DNA of 64,000 bases, taken from the human T2T-CHM13v2.0 reference genome, Homo sapiens. The DNA lies in NCBI RefSeq assembly GCF_009914755.1, contig NC_060937.1; one strand, written 5' to 3'. Position numbers and translations under genes: made by a program. Below the pieces are notes generated by a model. That model searched no databases, had not been told where the DNA came from, and saw only the letters and a list, made by a program, of their open reading frames with translations. Shown piece after piece: positions 1-13,297 of this stretch (its first letter is position 1; each line of letters starts with the position of its first letter).

Positions 1-215
1 AATCTCAAAAGGCGGAAAAGGGCAAGAAAATGGATTCTCTTCTAGAGCCTTCAGAATAAATGTAGCCCTACCAACATCTTGATTTTTGTTTAGTAAGACT
101 TAGGTCAAGCTTCTGACCTGTAAAACTGTAAGATAATAAATTTGTGTTTTAAGCCACTAGGCCAAGCCACTAAGTTTGTGCTAATTCGTTACAGCAGGAA
201 TAGGACACTAATACA
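1..215 (+). mobile_element. MLT1-family MaLR LTR, 3' portion (cut by window edge)
   Basis: Typical MLT1 3' end: gattctc..ctagagccttcaga..., aactgtaagataataaatttgtgttttaagccact..., ending actaataca at 215. Confidence 0.85.
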
Positions 216-344
216 CATCACATGCCAGCTTTCCCTCTCAATAGCTGCAAAATGTGTTTCCATAAAATGGAACCCATAGCTGGCCATCTTGACCCATTGA
301 CATTTAAAAACAAACACCAAGGGCAATAATTTTGGCTTTTAGAG

Positions 345-520
345 AAAAATAACAGCAATATTTGAATGCTTAGCATGTTCCATATAATGTTCTACATCTT
401 GCACGTGTGTTGTATGTGAGATCTCATTTAATCCTCACCATAAGACGAATTACTTAACCTTTCTGTGCCTCATTTTTCCCAACTGTAACATGGGTATAAT
501 GAAAGCGCATATTTTATACA
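345..520. mobile_element. MIR SINE fragments
   Basis: MIR core-like strings atctcatttaatcctcac and ttacttaacctttctgtgcctcattttccc..ctgtaacatggg; very degraded. Confidence 0.6.
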
Positions 521-525
521 CCTGT

Positions 526-1055
526 TGTGGTAGACAGCCTCCAAGGTGGCCCCCAGTGACCACTATATCCTGCTGTTCATGCTCTTGCACAGTACCTCTC
601 ACATAGAATAGACTGACTTACGTAACCAATAGATTGCAAAAGTGACAGAGTACGACTTCTAAAGCTAGGTCAAAAAAGTATCGTATCTTCCATTTTCCTT
701 TCTTAGATCATCCACTCTCTGGAGGAAGTCAGCTGCCAGTAGCCCTAAGGAGAGGTTCACATAGTAAGAACTGAGACCTCTTGTCAACAACCAGCGCTAA
801 GTTTTCGGCCATGTATGTGACTGTGTGAGTCACCTTGGAAGCAGATCCTCCAGCCCTGGTCAGGCCTTCAGATGACTACAGTCATAACCAACATCTTCAC
901 TTCAACCTCATGAGGGACCAGGAAATCAGAATTACCTATCTAGGTGCTCCCAATTTTCTGACCCTCAGAAACTGTGTGTAAGATAATCTCTCTTGATTCT
1001 TTAAGCCACTAAATTGTGGGATTATTTGTTACACAGCAATAGGTAACTGATACTA
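526..1055 (+). mobile_element. MLT1 (F/G-like) solo LTR
   Basis: Starts tgtggtagacagcctccaaggtggccccc; ends aagccactaaattgtgggattatttgttacacagcaataggtaactgatac. Confidence 0.85.
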
Positions 1056-2779
1056 ATACTTACAAGGATAAAAATGGCTAATATTTTAACTAATGTAGAG
1101 AGTGCTTAGACTAATGCATGGCATATAATAGATATTACTTAAGTGCTTATAAAATTAATTTCCTTATAAAAGGTATGAATAACATACAATGAGCTGGATC
1201 TTGATAAGGAATTGAGATTACTGAGATGACAAACATGTGATCCCTGCCCTTTAGTAGCCTCACATTGAGGGGGAAGAGGGTAGAAATAAACATATATTTA
1301 GTTGATGTGTTTTGCACAACACATATATAGAAGATTTAATTAGGCATTAAAATGCATATATTTCAGTACACTTATACCAACATAAAATGTTTCAATGATT
1401 AGAATGATTGTGCAAAGTGGTTTAATTTTTCTGTAATTATTTTTCTCCTGCTTCTATTTACTTGCTCCCTTAAACTATGCACCCAACAAATTAAGAAAGG
1501 GTGGCATTTCCATGTAGTCATAACTTGAAATGCATGTTTTCAAGAAGCTTTGAATATTAAACTTGCCAATATTAATTTATACTATTAATTTTTGGATTCT
1601 CTATCTCTAGCCCATGTGTTGAAGCTTTTAAGAAAACATCCTAAATCATTGAAAAGGTAAAATAAAAAATCTCTTTAAAGGAACTTAAATTTGTTCTTTA
1701 TTTTCTTCTTATCATATGAGCCATTAGAAAGCAAATCCGCTGTACCAGTCTTTATCAAAGTAATGTTAGAAAACATGGACAATCTATTTTTCTGAGAAAC
1801 ATGAATCAAAAATTATCTGAATGAGTCTAAATGAGATGGAAACACCACGTTCATATATCTCTGCTCTTTTTTTGCCAAGATATCCAGCAATTTAGAACAC
1901 TGATCGGTACAGTAATGGTTCAGGGGACTACTTTTTTAGCTTCTGCCACTGAGGTTCTCATTAATTTGTTGCAAATTCTGCAGTTGATACAGCCAAAATC
2001 AAAATATCCCTTTAGCTACTAAAAAATATAAATTGAACATTTATTTTAGCATGTAGAAATGTCCTGAGAAAAAGAAAGGAGAAAAAGCAGACCTGTGCCT
2101 CTACAAGGACAATCTCCCGGTTTCATGGAACACTGAGGATGTCGGAGCTGTCAGCTCTTATAATACCTGCCTGCAGTTAATTTGATTTCTCCATTCAAGT
2201 TAAAATGAATTGCATAACTGAGCAGCCAAACACTTTCCATCTTATTAAACCAATGAGTAAGTTATACACTATGCCCTTCCAGTCATCCTGTCTGAGCTCT
2301 TCACTCACGGCCCAAAGGTTTTAATTGCATAACCAGCTGTTATTCTCACTTGAGGCCCTGTGTGGAGTAATTAGGGAGAAGACACCAAGTCAACCTAAGA
2401 GAACTCTGGTAAGATTACATTCTGCCCACAAATGTGCAAATAACCAGCTGTGTGTGTACACAGAGAATGACAGAGATATGGCTTTAGCCTCCAAAATCAC
2501 CCAGATACTTTCAATGCTGTACATTTGGGAGTGGGAAGAATTCCTGGACAGAAAATGTTAATCCACTCGAATGGGAACTCCAAAAGACGGCATGATATAA
2601 GCACCAGAATAAACACAAGGACAGTATAGAATCATGAACAGCAGGAAGGTGACTCTGGTTGGAAGGATCAGGAGCTGAATCTATAGAAAGTGGTTCCAGC
2701 AGGATTGCGATGGGCTTATATGCAAAGCTAAGGGGACTGGATCTCAACTTGGATGTAATGACAAGGCATGAGTGTCTAA

Positions 2780-2822
2780 GTGTGTGTGTGCATGTGTGTG
2801 TGTGGGTGGGGGGGGCGGCGGG
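2780..2822. repeat. Imperfect (TG)n microsatellite followed by G-runs
   Basis: gtgtgtgtgtgcatgtgtgtgtgtgggtggggggggcggcggg read directly. Confidence 0.9.
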
Positions 2823-3854
2823 CAGATCAGATTTGTTTCCTGGGAAGATAATATCAGCAGTGGACATACTAAGAGAGGAGAGAGAGATTGGAATGTACTA
2901 TGAAAAGTAATGAAGTCTTGAACTAAAGGAATAACTGCAAATGTTATTTAAGTAAATAGAAATAAGTTTCACTTAAACTCATGTTGGAATAATAAAAATA
3001 AGATACATCTCACTAAACTAAATAGACTGGAGCAATTAGGAAGGAAGGAAAGGAGAAAGGAAGAAAGGAGGGAATATTAATGAAGGAAAAAGAAGAGAAT
3101 AGAGAGAGACATTTCTAAAATTCAAATTCAAACATATGTGGTCACAAGTTTTTGTAGGAATGAGTTATTAGATAGAATAAAAAGTAATGTGTTGATAACA
3201 GTTTGAAACTCAGTCTGAGAGAATGGTGAAGGTGTCTTAAGGAGATGTAGCTGGAAATATGGGTACAGGGCTTAGGAGAGGTCAAGGTCGAAAATAAAAG
3301 ATTTAGTAGTCATCAGAATATAGAAAACACATTTTTAAGCACTCGTTCCCTTCCAAAAACCCTGCTATGTATATATGATCTCTTTTAATAAAAAAAAAAC
3401 CTCATTAATAAAAAATTACCTGTTACAAATGAAGAACTCAGGTTCAAGAGGATAAGTAACCTGCTCAAAATCTTAACATTAGCAAGTGATTATCATGGGA
3501 TCCCAAGTTAGTAGATATTCAGTTAATTTCTGCTCAATCCATCTAAGTATGTTAGGAGACCACTTATTCTTTCACCTTCAGGATGAATATTTGTTGATTA
3601 AAGCCCGCAAATGTCATTAAAAATGGATGAATACAAGCCTTAATTAAATATTTCATTTTAACTTGGAATATATACATACATACCAATCTTCAGATGTTGG
3701 GCAAAGACATGAGTATAGGTCCACTGATGGAGACACGTACCTCCATAAATCACCCACATAAATCATATCCATTATCCATTGTCTATGATTTCTAGTTTGC
3801 ATTTCTTAGAAAGGAAAGAGAATCTATTCTATAAGGCAATATGAGCGTAGATAG

Positions 3855-4261
<407 letters not shown>

Positions 4262-5769
4262 TGAACTTAATTTTCATAAGAAACATGGCTTTTTCCTTTC
4301 ACACTCAAAGTTGAACAATATATTCCATATCTAAATAAATTATGCCACTGTCAAAATCACCCTTGGAATTAACTGGTTTGGAAATAAACACAAGTCTCTT
4401 GGTAATAAAACTCTACTATTAGAAGCAGAAATGTGCTAATATACATAAAAATAGTTGCCTGAAGTGTACAAGGAATGCTCACCTGGGCATGATTCTTTAT
4501 GCACCAAAAGAGAATGAGAGCATCAGTTAACCTAGTGAGACAGTTAAGCGAAGATACATTAAGAGAGCTCCAACTGTAGTCTTATGTCATGGGAATTAAT
4601 ATTTGGAATGACAATCCTAAATTATAAACATTTTTGAGCACATGAGTCATTGTGTATAAAAAAGGGCAAGTCCTGGTTCCTGCTCCTTAAGGAGTTTAAA
4701 ATATAACCACTTAATTTACAGAAACTTAATCATAGCAGAAATATGCAAAATGCTGTTTGTTGAGTACTTGTGAATACTCCTCATACTATTCTAAATGCTG
4801 TACATATATTATTTCATAAAACCCTTGTCATAGATACCATTGTGATAGATACTATTAAGTAATAGATACTATTGTGATAGATGCTATTAAGACCTTCATT
4901 TGTCATTCAAGGAAGATGCAGCATACAGAGGTTGAGTAATTTGCAGAAGATGACACATTTGGTAAATGATGAACAAATTTCAAACCTAGGCTGTCTCTCT
5001 CCATAGCCTGCAATATTAACAATTACCACATATCTACAACTTACCATGTGTCAAAAAGTGGACTGTGCCATTTATCTATTTTATCTAATTTTGATCCTCT
5101 GATTACTCTTCAAAACATATACATTAATAGTCCCATTTTACAGCATATCCCTTGCAACAAAGATATGAAGCAGCAGAGATAGAATTCAAACACAGATAAC
5201 TTAAAGTTTCATATTCTTAATGCTTCATGGTCTCCCATTATTATTTACAGAGAACCATGTACTCTTCTGTAAGGAAAGAGCCCTGAGGATCACAGAGGAA
5301 AATAAATTGTATATATTTAACTCAAAGAACCAGTTGAGATGTGTCATAGAATCATGGTATGCCATAACACTCAGATTAATTTCCCTTGTTCCAAATAATA
5401 GAACATAGTTTCTCCCCCCTCAAAAAAAGAATTCAGATAATTCTTCTGATGAGCCTATTATAGAAAAAATTAAAAATTTAGAAAAATGAAACGAAGAAAA
5501 TAAAAACATCCATAATTCTATCATCAGATATAATCTCTGCTAATATTTTTATATTATCTTCCAGATTTTTGTGTGTGTTTGTGTGCATATAGAAATTTCT
5601 CCTACAGATAATTTCTTAATGTGAATTGGCAATAAAGTAATTGAATAATTAGGGAACTTGATTACAATATGTGGAGGAGTGTGTTTGTGACTTTCTGCTT
5701 AGTTTAGCATCCTTACGGGTGATTAATGTGATGAGAATGTGAAAGAAATTCTTACAAAGATGGGAAATG

Positions 5770-6590
5770 TTTCTTGGCTTTCTTCCTATCTCTTTCTGGC
5801 TGCTGCTACTTATTTTCTTTGGCACATTCCTCCTCTCTGACAACCAAATGTTGGTTTGCCTCAGGGCTCTGAACTGAGAACTCTACTCTTCTTACTCTAT
5901 ATTTTCTCCAAGGTGATCTTATCCGTTCCCACAGTTTTCCTATTACCTATGATCTGATATTCTCTGCATTTGTATTTCTAGTCCATTCTTCTCTTCTGAG
6001 CTTGAGGGCTGATATTTATAAGCATCTACTTGGCATCTCTATTTTAATATGTAAAATTTATCTCAAAATCAACCATTGATATACCTCTCACCCCACTCCT
6101 TCTCCTGTCTGTCCTCACCCACAGGTTCATTAAGCCAGAGCTTTGAGAGGCATGTGTGATATGTCTCTTTCACTTACATTTCATGGTCAATCCACCCCAA
6201 AATCTACAGGTAATACCTCCAAAATCTGTCACTAATCGTTTTACTTCTCTCCAGCTCTACCTTTGTTCAGTAGCCATTGTGTCTCACTCTAGTAGACAAT
6301 AGTTTTATGTCTCAGTATTTCCACTCATAAGCTCTGACGTCTCTTTTCCACATTGAAACTGAAATGATCATTCTAAAATTTAAAATGGATCAAGTTATTC
6401 CATTGCTTAAAACTTTACATGGTTTCCCATTGCACCTAGAATGAAATCCAAACTCCTTAACATGATCTGCATTGTTTTTGCATGACCTGACCCTTCCTAC
6501 TTTGCCAACCTCATCTCACTCCATACGCATTAGTTCATTGTTTTTCAGATGCCTTCTTCCAGCTCCTCAGGTACACTAGTCCTTCTTTTA
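5770..6590 (+). mobile_element. L2 LINE fragment
   Basis: Pyrimidine-rich L2 3' region motifs, e.g. ccattgcacctagaatgaaatccaaactccttaacatg and catctacttggcatctc. Confidence 0.75.
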
Positions 6591-6784
6591 GGTCATGAGC
6601 AAAAGCAACTTGGCGTTATCAAAGTTGAACAGTGACCTGCAGTCTGGACAAGAAGGCACAGACCCTTCTCTCCCTGTTTCTTCCCACTAGGTAATATAAA
6701 CTCTGGACATAATGCAAAAGCAACCAAAGGAGAACTCTGAAAGGTAGTAAGAAGAAGGCAAACTTGTTTGGAATCCCAAGACTA

Positions 6785-8475
6785 TGAAACTGCACCTATA
6801 AACTTTATAAAATTAATCAGGGAAGAAGGAAGGGAGTATTGCGGGAAATCAGGGACCCCGAACAGAGGGACCGGCTGGAGCCGCAGCAGAGGAACATAAA
6901 TTGTGAAGATTTCATGGATATTTATCAGTTCCCCAAAATTAATGCTTTCATAATTTCTTATGCCTGTCTTTACTGCAATCTCTGAACATAAATTGTGAAG
7001 ATTTCATGGACACTTATCAGTTCCCAAATAATACTCTTATAATTTCTTATGCCTGTCTTTATTTTAATCTCTTAATCCTGTTATCTTCGTAAGCTGAGAA
7101 TGTACGTCACTCAGGACGACTATTGTACAAATTGATTGTAAAACATGTGTGTTTGAACAATATGAAGTCAGTGCACCTTGAAAAAGAACAAAATAACAGC
7201 GATTTTCAGTGAACAAGGGAACACAACCACAAGGTCTGACTGCCTGCGGGGTCGGGCAGAATAGACCCATATTTTTCTTCTTGCAGAGAGCCTATAAACA
7301 GACGTGCAAGTAGGAGAGATATCGCTGAATTCTTTTCCCAGCAAGGAATATTAATAATTAATACCCTGGGGAAGGAATTAATGCATTCCTGTGGGGAGGT
7401 CTATAAACGGCCACTCTGGGACTGTCTGTCTTATGCGGTTGACATAAGGACTGAAATATGCCCTGGTCTCCTGCAGTACCTCAGGCTCACTAGGGTGGGG
7501 AAAAACCCCACCCGGGTGAAATTGAGGTCAGACCGGTTCTCTGCTCTTGAACCCTGTTTTCTGTTGTTTAAGATGTTTATCCAGACAATACGTGCAGAGC
7601 TGAACATAGACCCTCATCAGTAATTCTAATTTTGCCCTTACCTTGTAATCCTTGCTTTGCCCTTTGCTTTGTGATCTTTATTGGCCTCAGAAGCATGTGA
7701 TCTTTGTGACCTACTCCTTGTTCATACACCCCCTCCCCTTTTAAAGTCCTTAATAAAAACCCGCTGGTTTTGCAGCTCGGGGGAAATCATGGTCCTACCA
7801 ATATGTGATGTCACCCCTGGAGGCCCAGCTGTAAAATTCCTCTCTTTGTACTTTTTCTCTTTATTTCTCAGACCGGCCAACACTTAGGGAAAATAGAAAG
7901 AACCTACATTGAAATATTGGGGGCAGGTTCCCCCAATAAGGGAGAAAAACAAAAATAAGCCCAGCCTACATCACACTCAGTACTAATCAGTAGGTCAGCT
8001 CACTCTCTGACCTGCTTTCTTGTAGTTGTTTGCCTGTTGCCTTAGAATCACATAGACCCTACATTATGGTTCCCTTAACTGCTCTACAGATAACAACTTC
8101 GGCATTATGAAATGTTAAGTTTTCCACTGGAGACATTCTTTCAGGTCCTGTGTACCAGCAAAACTACTGACATCCACTGGTCAGAAGGACGTCGTGAGAA
8201 ACTGACTAACCAATAAATGCAGTTGCCACATCCTGATGATTTCATTCCCCTTACTCTGACCAATCAATGACTCCAGTTTTCCAGCCCCTCGCTCTCCATG
8301 ATTCTCTTAAAAACTCCAGCCCAGAACTCCTCATGGAGATGGATTTGAGGGTATCCTCCCATCTCCTCATTCAGTGCTCTGCAATCATTAAACTTTCTCT
8401 GCTACAAACCCTGCTGTGTCAGTGTATTGATCTCTTACTGTGCAGCAGGAATATGAAACTGTTGGTCCAATAACA
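6785..8475 (+). mobile_element. ERV1 solo LTR (LTR26-like), interrupted by MER11
   Basis: TG...CA termini (tgaaactgcacctataaactttataaaattaatcagggaag ... ggtccaataaca); 4-bp TSD acta/actg; sequence resumes after the MER11 insert. Confidence 0.8.
6837..7938 (+). mobile_element. MER11 solo LTR (HERV-K11/HML-8), 1102 bp
   Basis: Starts tattgcgggaaatcagggacccc, ends gggcaggttcccccaata; characteristic internal duplication of gaacataaattgtgaagatttcatgga; perfect 6-bp TSD AGGGAG (6831-6836, 7939-7944). Confidence 0.95.
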
Positions 8476-9129
8476 ACTGGGAGATCGACATTGTAGCAGG
8501 GTGTTGCATGCCTACCCTCCTCCCCAACAGAACTTGAAAGTCACCAAGACCTAGCATTTTCAGAACCCCAACCAACAACTAAACTAGCCTGGGTAGGCTC
8601 CTTCCATCCCCTGACTGAATGGGAGCCTTTCCAACATTAGGCAAACCCAGAAGAACAGGCAAGGTGGGATCCACCAGGAGCCTCACTAACAAGCAGCCCA
8701 GGAGAGAATCCACTCTTTTTTCACTGGGCCTCAGGCTCTTCTCCCTCACTGAGAGATACCAGAGATAGTCAGGCAGTCTGGAAGAGGGACACAGGTATAG
8801 CAAGAGGTGCAGTGCAGGAAGCCCCTGGGACCCCCACAGGCATAAGACTACCCTCCCCATCTAAGAGACACCTGGAAGCCCAGCCTGGGGAAACTTCTTC
8901 TATCCTCTCATCCAGCACCAGCAAGTACTAGTGGGAGCCCCAGCAGCGAAAGAAAAATCAAGCCAACCAAAATAGCACTGCAAGCCTGTAAAAATTAAGC
9001 TGTCATTTTATTAACAACCTCAAAAAGTAGGCTAGGATCTGAATGCTAAACAGACTGACAGCTTGCTAAAATAAAAGATTTAATGAGGATCCAGAGACTC
9101 GTAATATAAGAGACAAAATTTCTAGGAAG

Positions 9130-9430
9130 CAATTGCATTCTTTGGCTTGTAGCCCCTTCCTCCATTTTCAAAGCCAGCTGCGTATCTCCAGATCTCTTCT
9201 GTGACTTTCCCACTTCTGCTTCCATCATCATATCACTTCTATGTATCTCTGCTTCCCTCTTGTAAAAATCCTGTGATTACATTGGACCACCCAGAGCAAC
9301 CAGGATAATCATCCTTCCTCAAGATTCTTATCTAATTACATTCACAAAGTCCCTTTTGCCACATAAAGTATTCATAGTTTTGAAGACTAGGAAGCAGACA
9401 TCTTCCAGGAAAGGGAACATTCTGCTTTCC
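9130..9430 (-). mobile_element. MLT1 (C/D-like) LTR fragment
   Basis: cttgtagccccttcctccattttcaaagccagc, gtgattacattggaccaccc..caggataatc, caaagtcccttttgcca match antisense MLT1. Confidence 0.8.
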
Positions 9431-9861
9431 ATATCAATAGATTGTGATCAGCCACATTTGCAAATCATAATACCCAAAGCAACCACTGTGAAAACTATAC
9501 AAAGACTTATATTCAAAAACACTGCAAATAAATCAAGATGATATCCTAAAAAAAATTATCCAAGTAACCCACAAGAAAGCAAAAAAGAGAAACAGAGGAA
9601 GAAGAACAAGAGGGAAAAGCAAAAACTGATAAGGCTGAATGGAGAAACAGACAAATCCACAATTGTCGCTGGGGATCTCAACACCCTCCTCTCAAAAATG
9701 ATAGAATTACCAGACAGAAACTCAGCGAGGATATAGGAGATCCAAATAACAAAATCAACCAACAGAATCTTATGAACATATATAGAACCATTCACCCCAA
9801 TGACAGCAGAATACATATTTTTTTCAAGCACCCATGGAAGAATCACCAACTTAGACAATAT

Positions 9862-11082
9862 TGAAGCCATCCTCACAGGGTTAAATAGCTACAGAAATAT
9901 AGCTCTAATTAAGCATTAATCAGGCTGTACGTTGACCCGTTATCAGCAGTGAATCCATACAGGTCTGCAGCAAATAGATTCTTGCCTCCTTGAAGGAAAG
10001 AATTTGGCAGAGGAGCAGAAGTAGTTTTAAGGCAGAGGGTAGCCAAGGCAAGTTTTAGAGCAGGAGTGAAAGTTTAATAAAAAGTTTTAGAGCAAAAACA
10101 AACGGAAGTAAAGTACTCTTGGAAGAGGGCCAAGTGGGCGACATGAGAGATCCAAGTGCTTCATCTGACCCTTGACTTAGGGTTTTATACTGTGGCATGG
10201 TTCCAAGGTTTACATTTCTTTTCCCCTGATTCTTCTCTTGAAGCAGGCTGTCCACATGCACAGTAGCCTGCCAGCACTTGGGAGGAGCCACATGCACAAT
10301 ATGTTTACTGGAGCTGTGTGCATGCTTACTTGAGGCATTTTTCCCTTACCAGTTAAGTGTTCTAGAGGAAGGTTATATACTAGTTGAACTCTGTCATTTT
10401 ATCTCTTAGTGCATATGCTTGAGCCCACTCACCCAGCTCCTGGGATTTTGTCAGGAAGCGCTGATCACCAGCTTCAGGTGTTTTCTATTTATTGGGAACC
10501 TGCCTTTCCCTGGTGCTGGCTGCTACCAATTATTATTTTAGAGAGACAGTTTAACATCCACCTGACCATTACCTGATGGTCACCTGACATTCGCAAGGTT
10601 GGGATGTCTCTCCTGCCCTGCTCATGTCTGCCTAGGTGCCTACTATAACAGACCTATTTCCTCGTAACTGAAAGTCAAATAACACTAGATATGGACCATT
10701 TGCATCCCCACTGTTCCTATATATAGGATTCTGACATTGGAATCATAAGGCTTTAGTTTAAGAATTGCCTAAGCAGATCTTGAATTTCAGCAGAACAGCT
10801 GACATTAACCAGTTTAAAGACGCCCCCACAGAGGAACCAAATCAGCCTAAGAATACAGTTTCTTCATCTCCCTGTCCCATGACTTCATCCTTTGACCAAT
10901 CAACAATTTTCACACTTTGGCCCACTCCAAAACCCTTAAAAATCCTAGCCCCAAACTCCCTGAACTTGAGGTTTCCTCCTATCTCCTCATTCAATGGCCC
11001 TACAATCAAACTACTTTCTCTGTTGCAACCTGGTGTCTTGGCATATTGACTTGCCTATTGTAAGTAACCTATTACAGTTACA
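9862..11082 (+). mobile_element. ERV1 solo LTR (MER72-like), interrupted by MER50
   Basis: tgaagccatcctcacagggttaa ... attacagttaca; perfect 4-bp TSD ATAT (9858-9861, 11083-11086) splitting L1 ORF2. Confidence 0.8.
9938..10650 (-). mobile_element. MER50 solo LTR (ERV1)
   Basis: Reverse strand starts tgttatagtaggcacctaggcagacatgagcagggcaggagag; 713 bp; perfect TSD GACC (9934-9937, 10651-10654). Confidence 0.88.
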
Positions 11083-12015
11083 ATATCTTGCTTCATAAAA
11101 CAAACCCGACCCAAAAAAGGAATTGAAATTATACAGAGTATGTTCCCTGATTATCATGAAATAAATAACACAGACAACAGCAGAATCACCAAATATGTAA
11201 AAATTAAATAACACATTTCTAAATAAATTAATCTAAGTTCTTTCCTAAAAGAAACAAAATGAACCCAAAACAAGTGGAAGAAGGGAAATAAAGAAATGTC
11301 AGAAATCAATAAAATTGAAAATGGAAAGACAATAAAGGAAACCAATTAAACAAAAAGTAGTTCTTAAAATGTCAATAAAGTTAATAAAATCATAGTAATA
11401 TTGACAGAAATAAAATATATGTAATTATGTCCATCACTCAAAAACAAGACAAAACTTAAGAAAATGAAAGAGATAAGAAAAATCATTAATATCAAGAATG
11501 AAATATAAGATATTACATATTTTGCCATCATTAAAAAGATAATTAGGGAATATCTCAATTTTATGCTCATAAATTTAATATCTTAGAAGAAATGGGCCAA
11601 TTAATTGAAAAACACAAACTGCTAAAACTCAATCAAGATAAAATACTTACCAAAAACAAAGACAGTGAAAAAGGAGAAAACTACAAACCAACAGCTTTTA
11701 TAAATATCAATACAAAAATCCTCAAAAAATAATAGAATCTTGAATCCAAGAATTCATAAAAAAATTTATACTTGTGACCAACAGAGGTTGATTCTGGGTA
11801 AGCAAGGCTTGTCCAACATTTGAAAATCAGTCAGTGTAATCCATATATGTCAACCATCTAAAAAAACTCATATAGTCATATCAATTGTTGCAGGAAAAGC
11901 ATTTGACAAAAATCTAACACCAATTCATGACAAAACTTTCAGCAAGTTAGAAGTACAAAACATATTTCAACTTCATAAAATCCATCTACAAAACTTAAAG
12001 GTAACATCACTTAAT

Positions 12016-12050
<35 letters not shown>

Positions 12051-12262
12051 ATGCTTTCTTAATAAAATCGGGAACAAGGCAAGGGCGTCCACTTTTACCA
12101 CTCTTACTCAACGTAGTACTGAAAGCTCTAGCCATTGCAACAAGGCAAGACAAAGAAATGTTTATTCTAAAATGTATGTGAAAAGGCACAGGCCCTAAAA
12201 GCACTAAAACAATCAATAATTTGATAAAGAAGAATGAAGCAGGAGGAATTACTCTATCCAAT

Positions 12263-13297
12263 TGTAGTAGGCTAAATATTAGCCCTCCAAAATATATGTC
12301 CCCATTCTTATCCCTGGAATCTCTGAATATTGTCTTACATGGTGTCTTATATAGTCAGGGTTGTCTAGAGGGACAGAACTAATAGGATATATGTATATAT
12401 GAAAGGGAGTTTATTAAAGGGACTAGACTCACAGGATCACAAGGTAAAGTCCCATGATAGGCCGTCTGCAAGTTGAGGAGCAAGGAAGCCAGTGGTGGAT
12501 CAGTCCAAGTCTCAAAACCTCAAAAGTAGCCTTCAGTCTGTGGCCAAAGGCCTGAGAGCCCCTGGCAAACCACTATTGTAAGTCCAAGAGTCCAAAAGCT
12601 GAAGAACTTGGAGTCCGATGTTCCAGGACAGGAAGCATCCAGCATGGGAAAAAGATAAAGAGTAGAAGACTCAGCAAGTCAAGTGCTTCCATGTTATTCT
12701 GCCTGTTTTATTCTAGCCGTGCTGGCAGCTGATTAGATGGCGCCTACCCAGATTGAGGGTGCCCCTCTCAGTCCACTGACTCAAATGTTAATCTCCTTTG
12801 GCAACACTATCACAGACACACCCAGGAACAATACCTTGCATCTTACAATCCAATCAAGTTGACACTCAATATTAACCATCACATATGGCAAAGGAGTTAA
12901 TACTACCTTATATCGCAAAATATGTGATTAAGAATCTTGAGAGAAAGCATTTATCTTGAATTATGTAGGTGAGCCATAAAATCACATGTATCCTTATAAT
13001 AGAGGGGCAGAAGGAGTTTGGGGACAGATATACAGATAAGAAAACATACACAGAGATGGAGCTGACATGAAGACAGAGGCGGAAATTGAAGGAAGCCAAG
13101 GAAGCCAAGAATTGCCAACAGCCACCAGAAGCTTAAGAGGAAAAGGAAGATTCTCCCTAGAGCCTCCAGAGAGAATGAAGCCCCGCCTCCACTTAACTTC
13201 CAACTTCTGGCCTCCAGACTGTGAGAAAATAAATTTCTGTATTTTAAGTTCCCAAACTTGTGGTAATTTGTTACAACAGTCCTGGGAAATTAATATA
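12263..13297 (+). mobile_element. MLT1 (D/E-like) LTR, interrupted by MLT2A
   Basis: Starts tgtagtaggctaaatattagccctccaaaa; resumes at 12884; ends ggtaatttgttacaacagtcctgggaaattaatata. Confidence 0.85.
12343..12883 (-). mobile_element. MLT2A (A2-like) HERV-L solo LTR
   Basis: tagtcagggttgtctagagggacagaactaatagg ... ctcaatattaaccatcaca; 541 bp; TSD catgg/tatgg. Confidence 0.92.

Noticed and set aside
2511-2910. Overlapping 118-aa and 83-aa ORFs
   Set aside because: Span a TG microsatellite (THTHT/VCVC); no family resemblance.
6892-7060. Direct repeat of about 90 bp inside the LTR
   Set aside because: To my knowledge part of the normal MER11 structure; not a CRISPR-like array or a novel repeat.
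12019-12048. A30 run suggesting a retrocopy tail
   Set aside because: Sits inside continuous L1 ORF2 sequence with no upstream insert or TSD; a homopolymer expansion.
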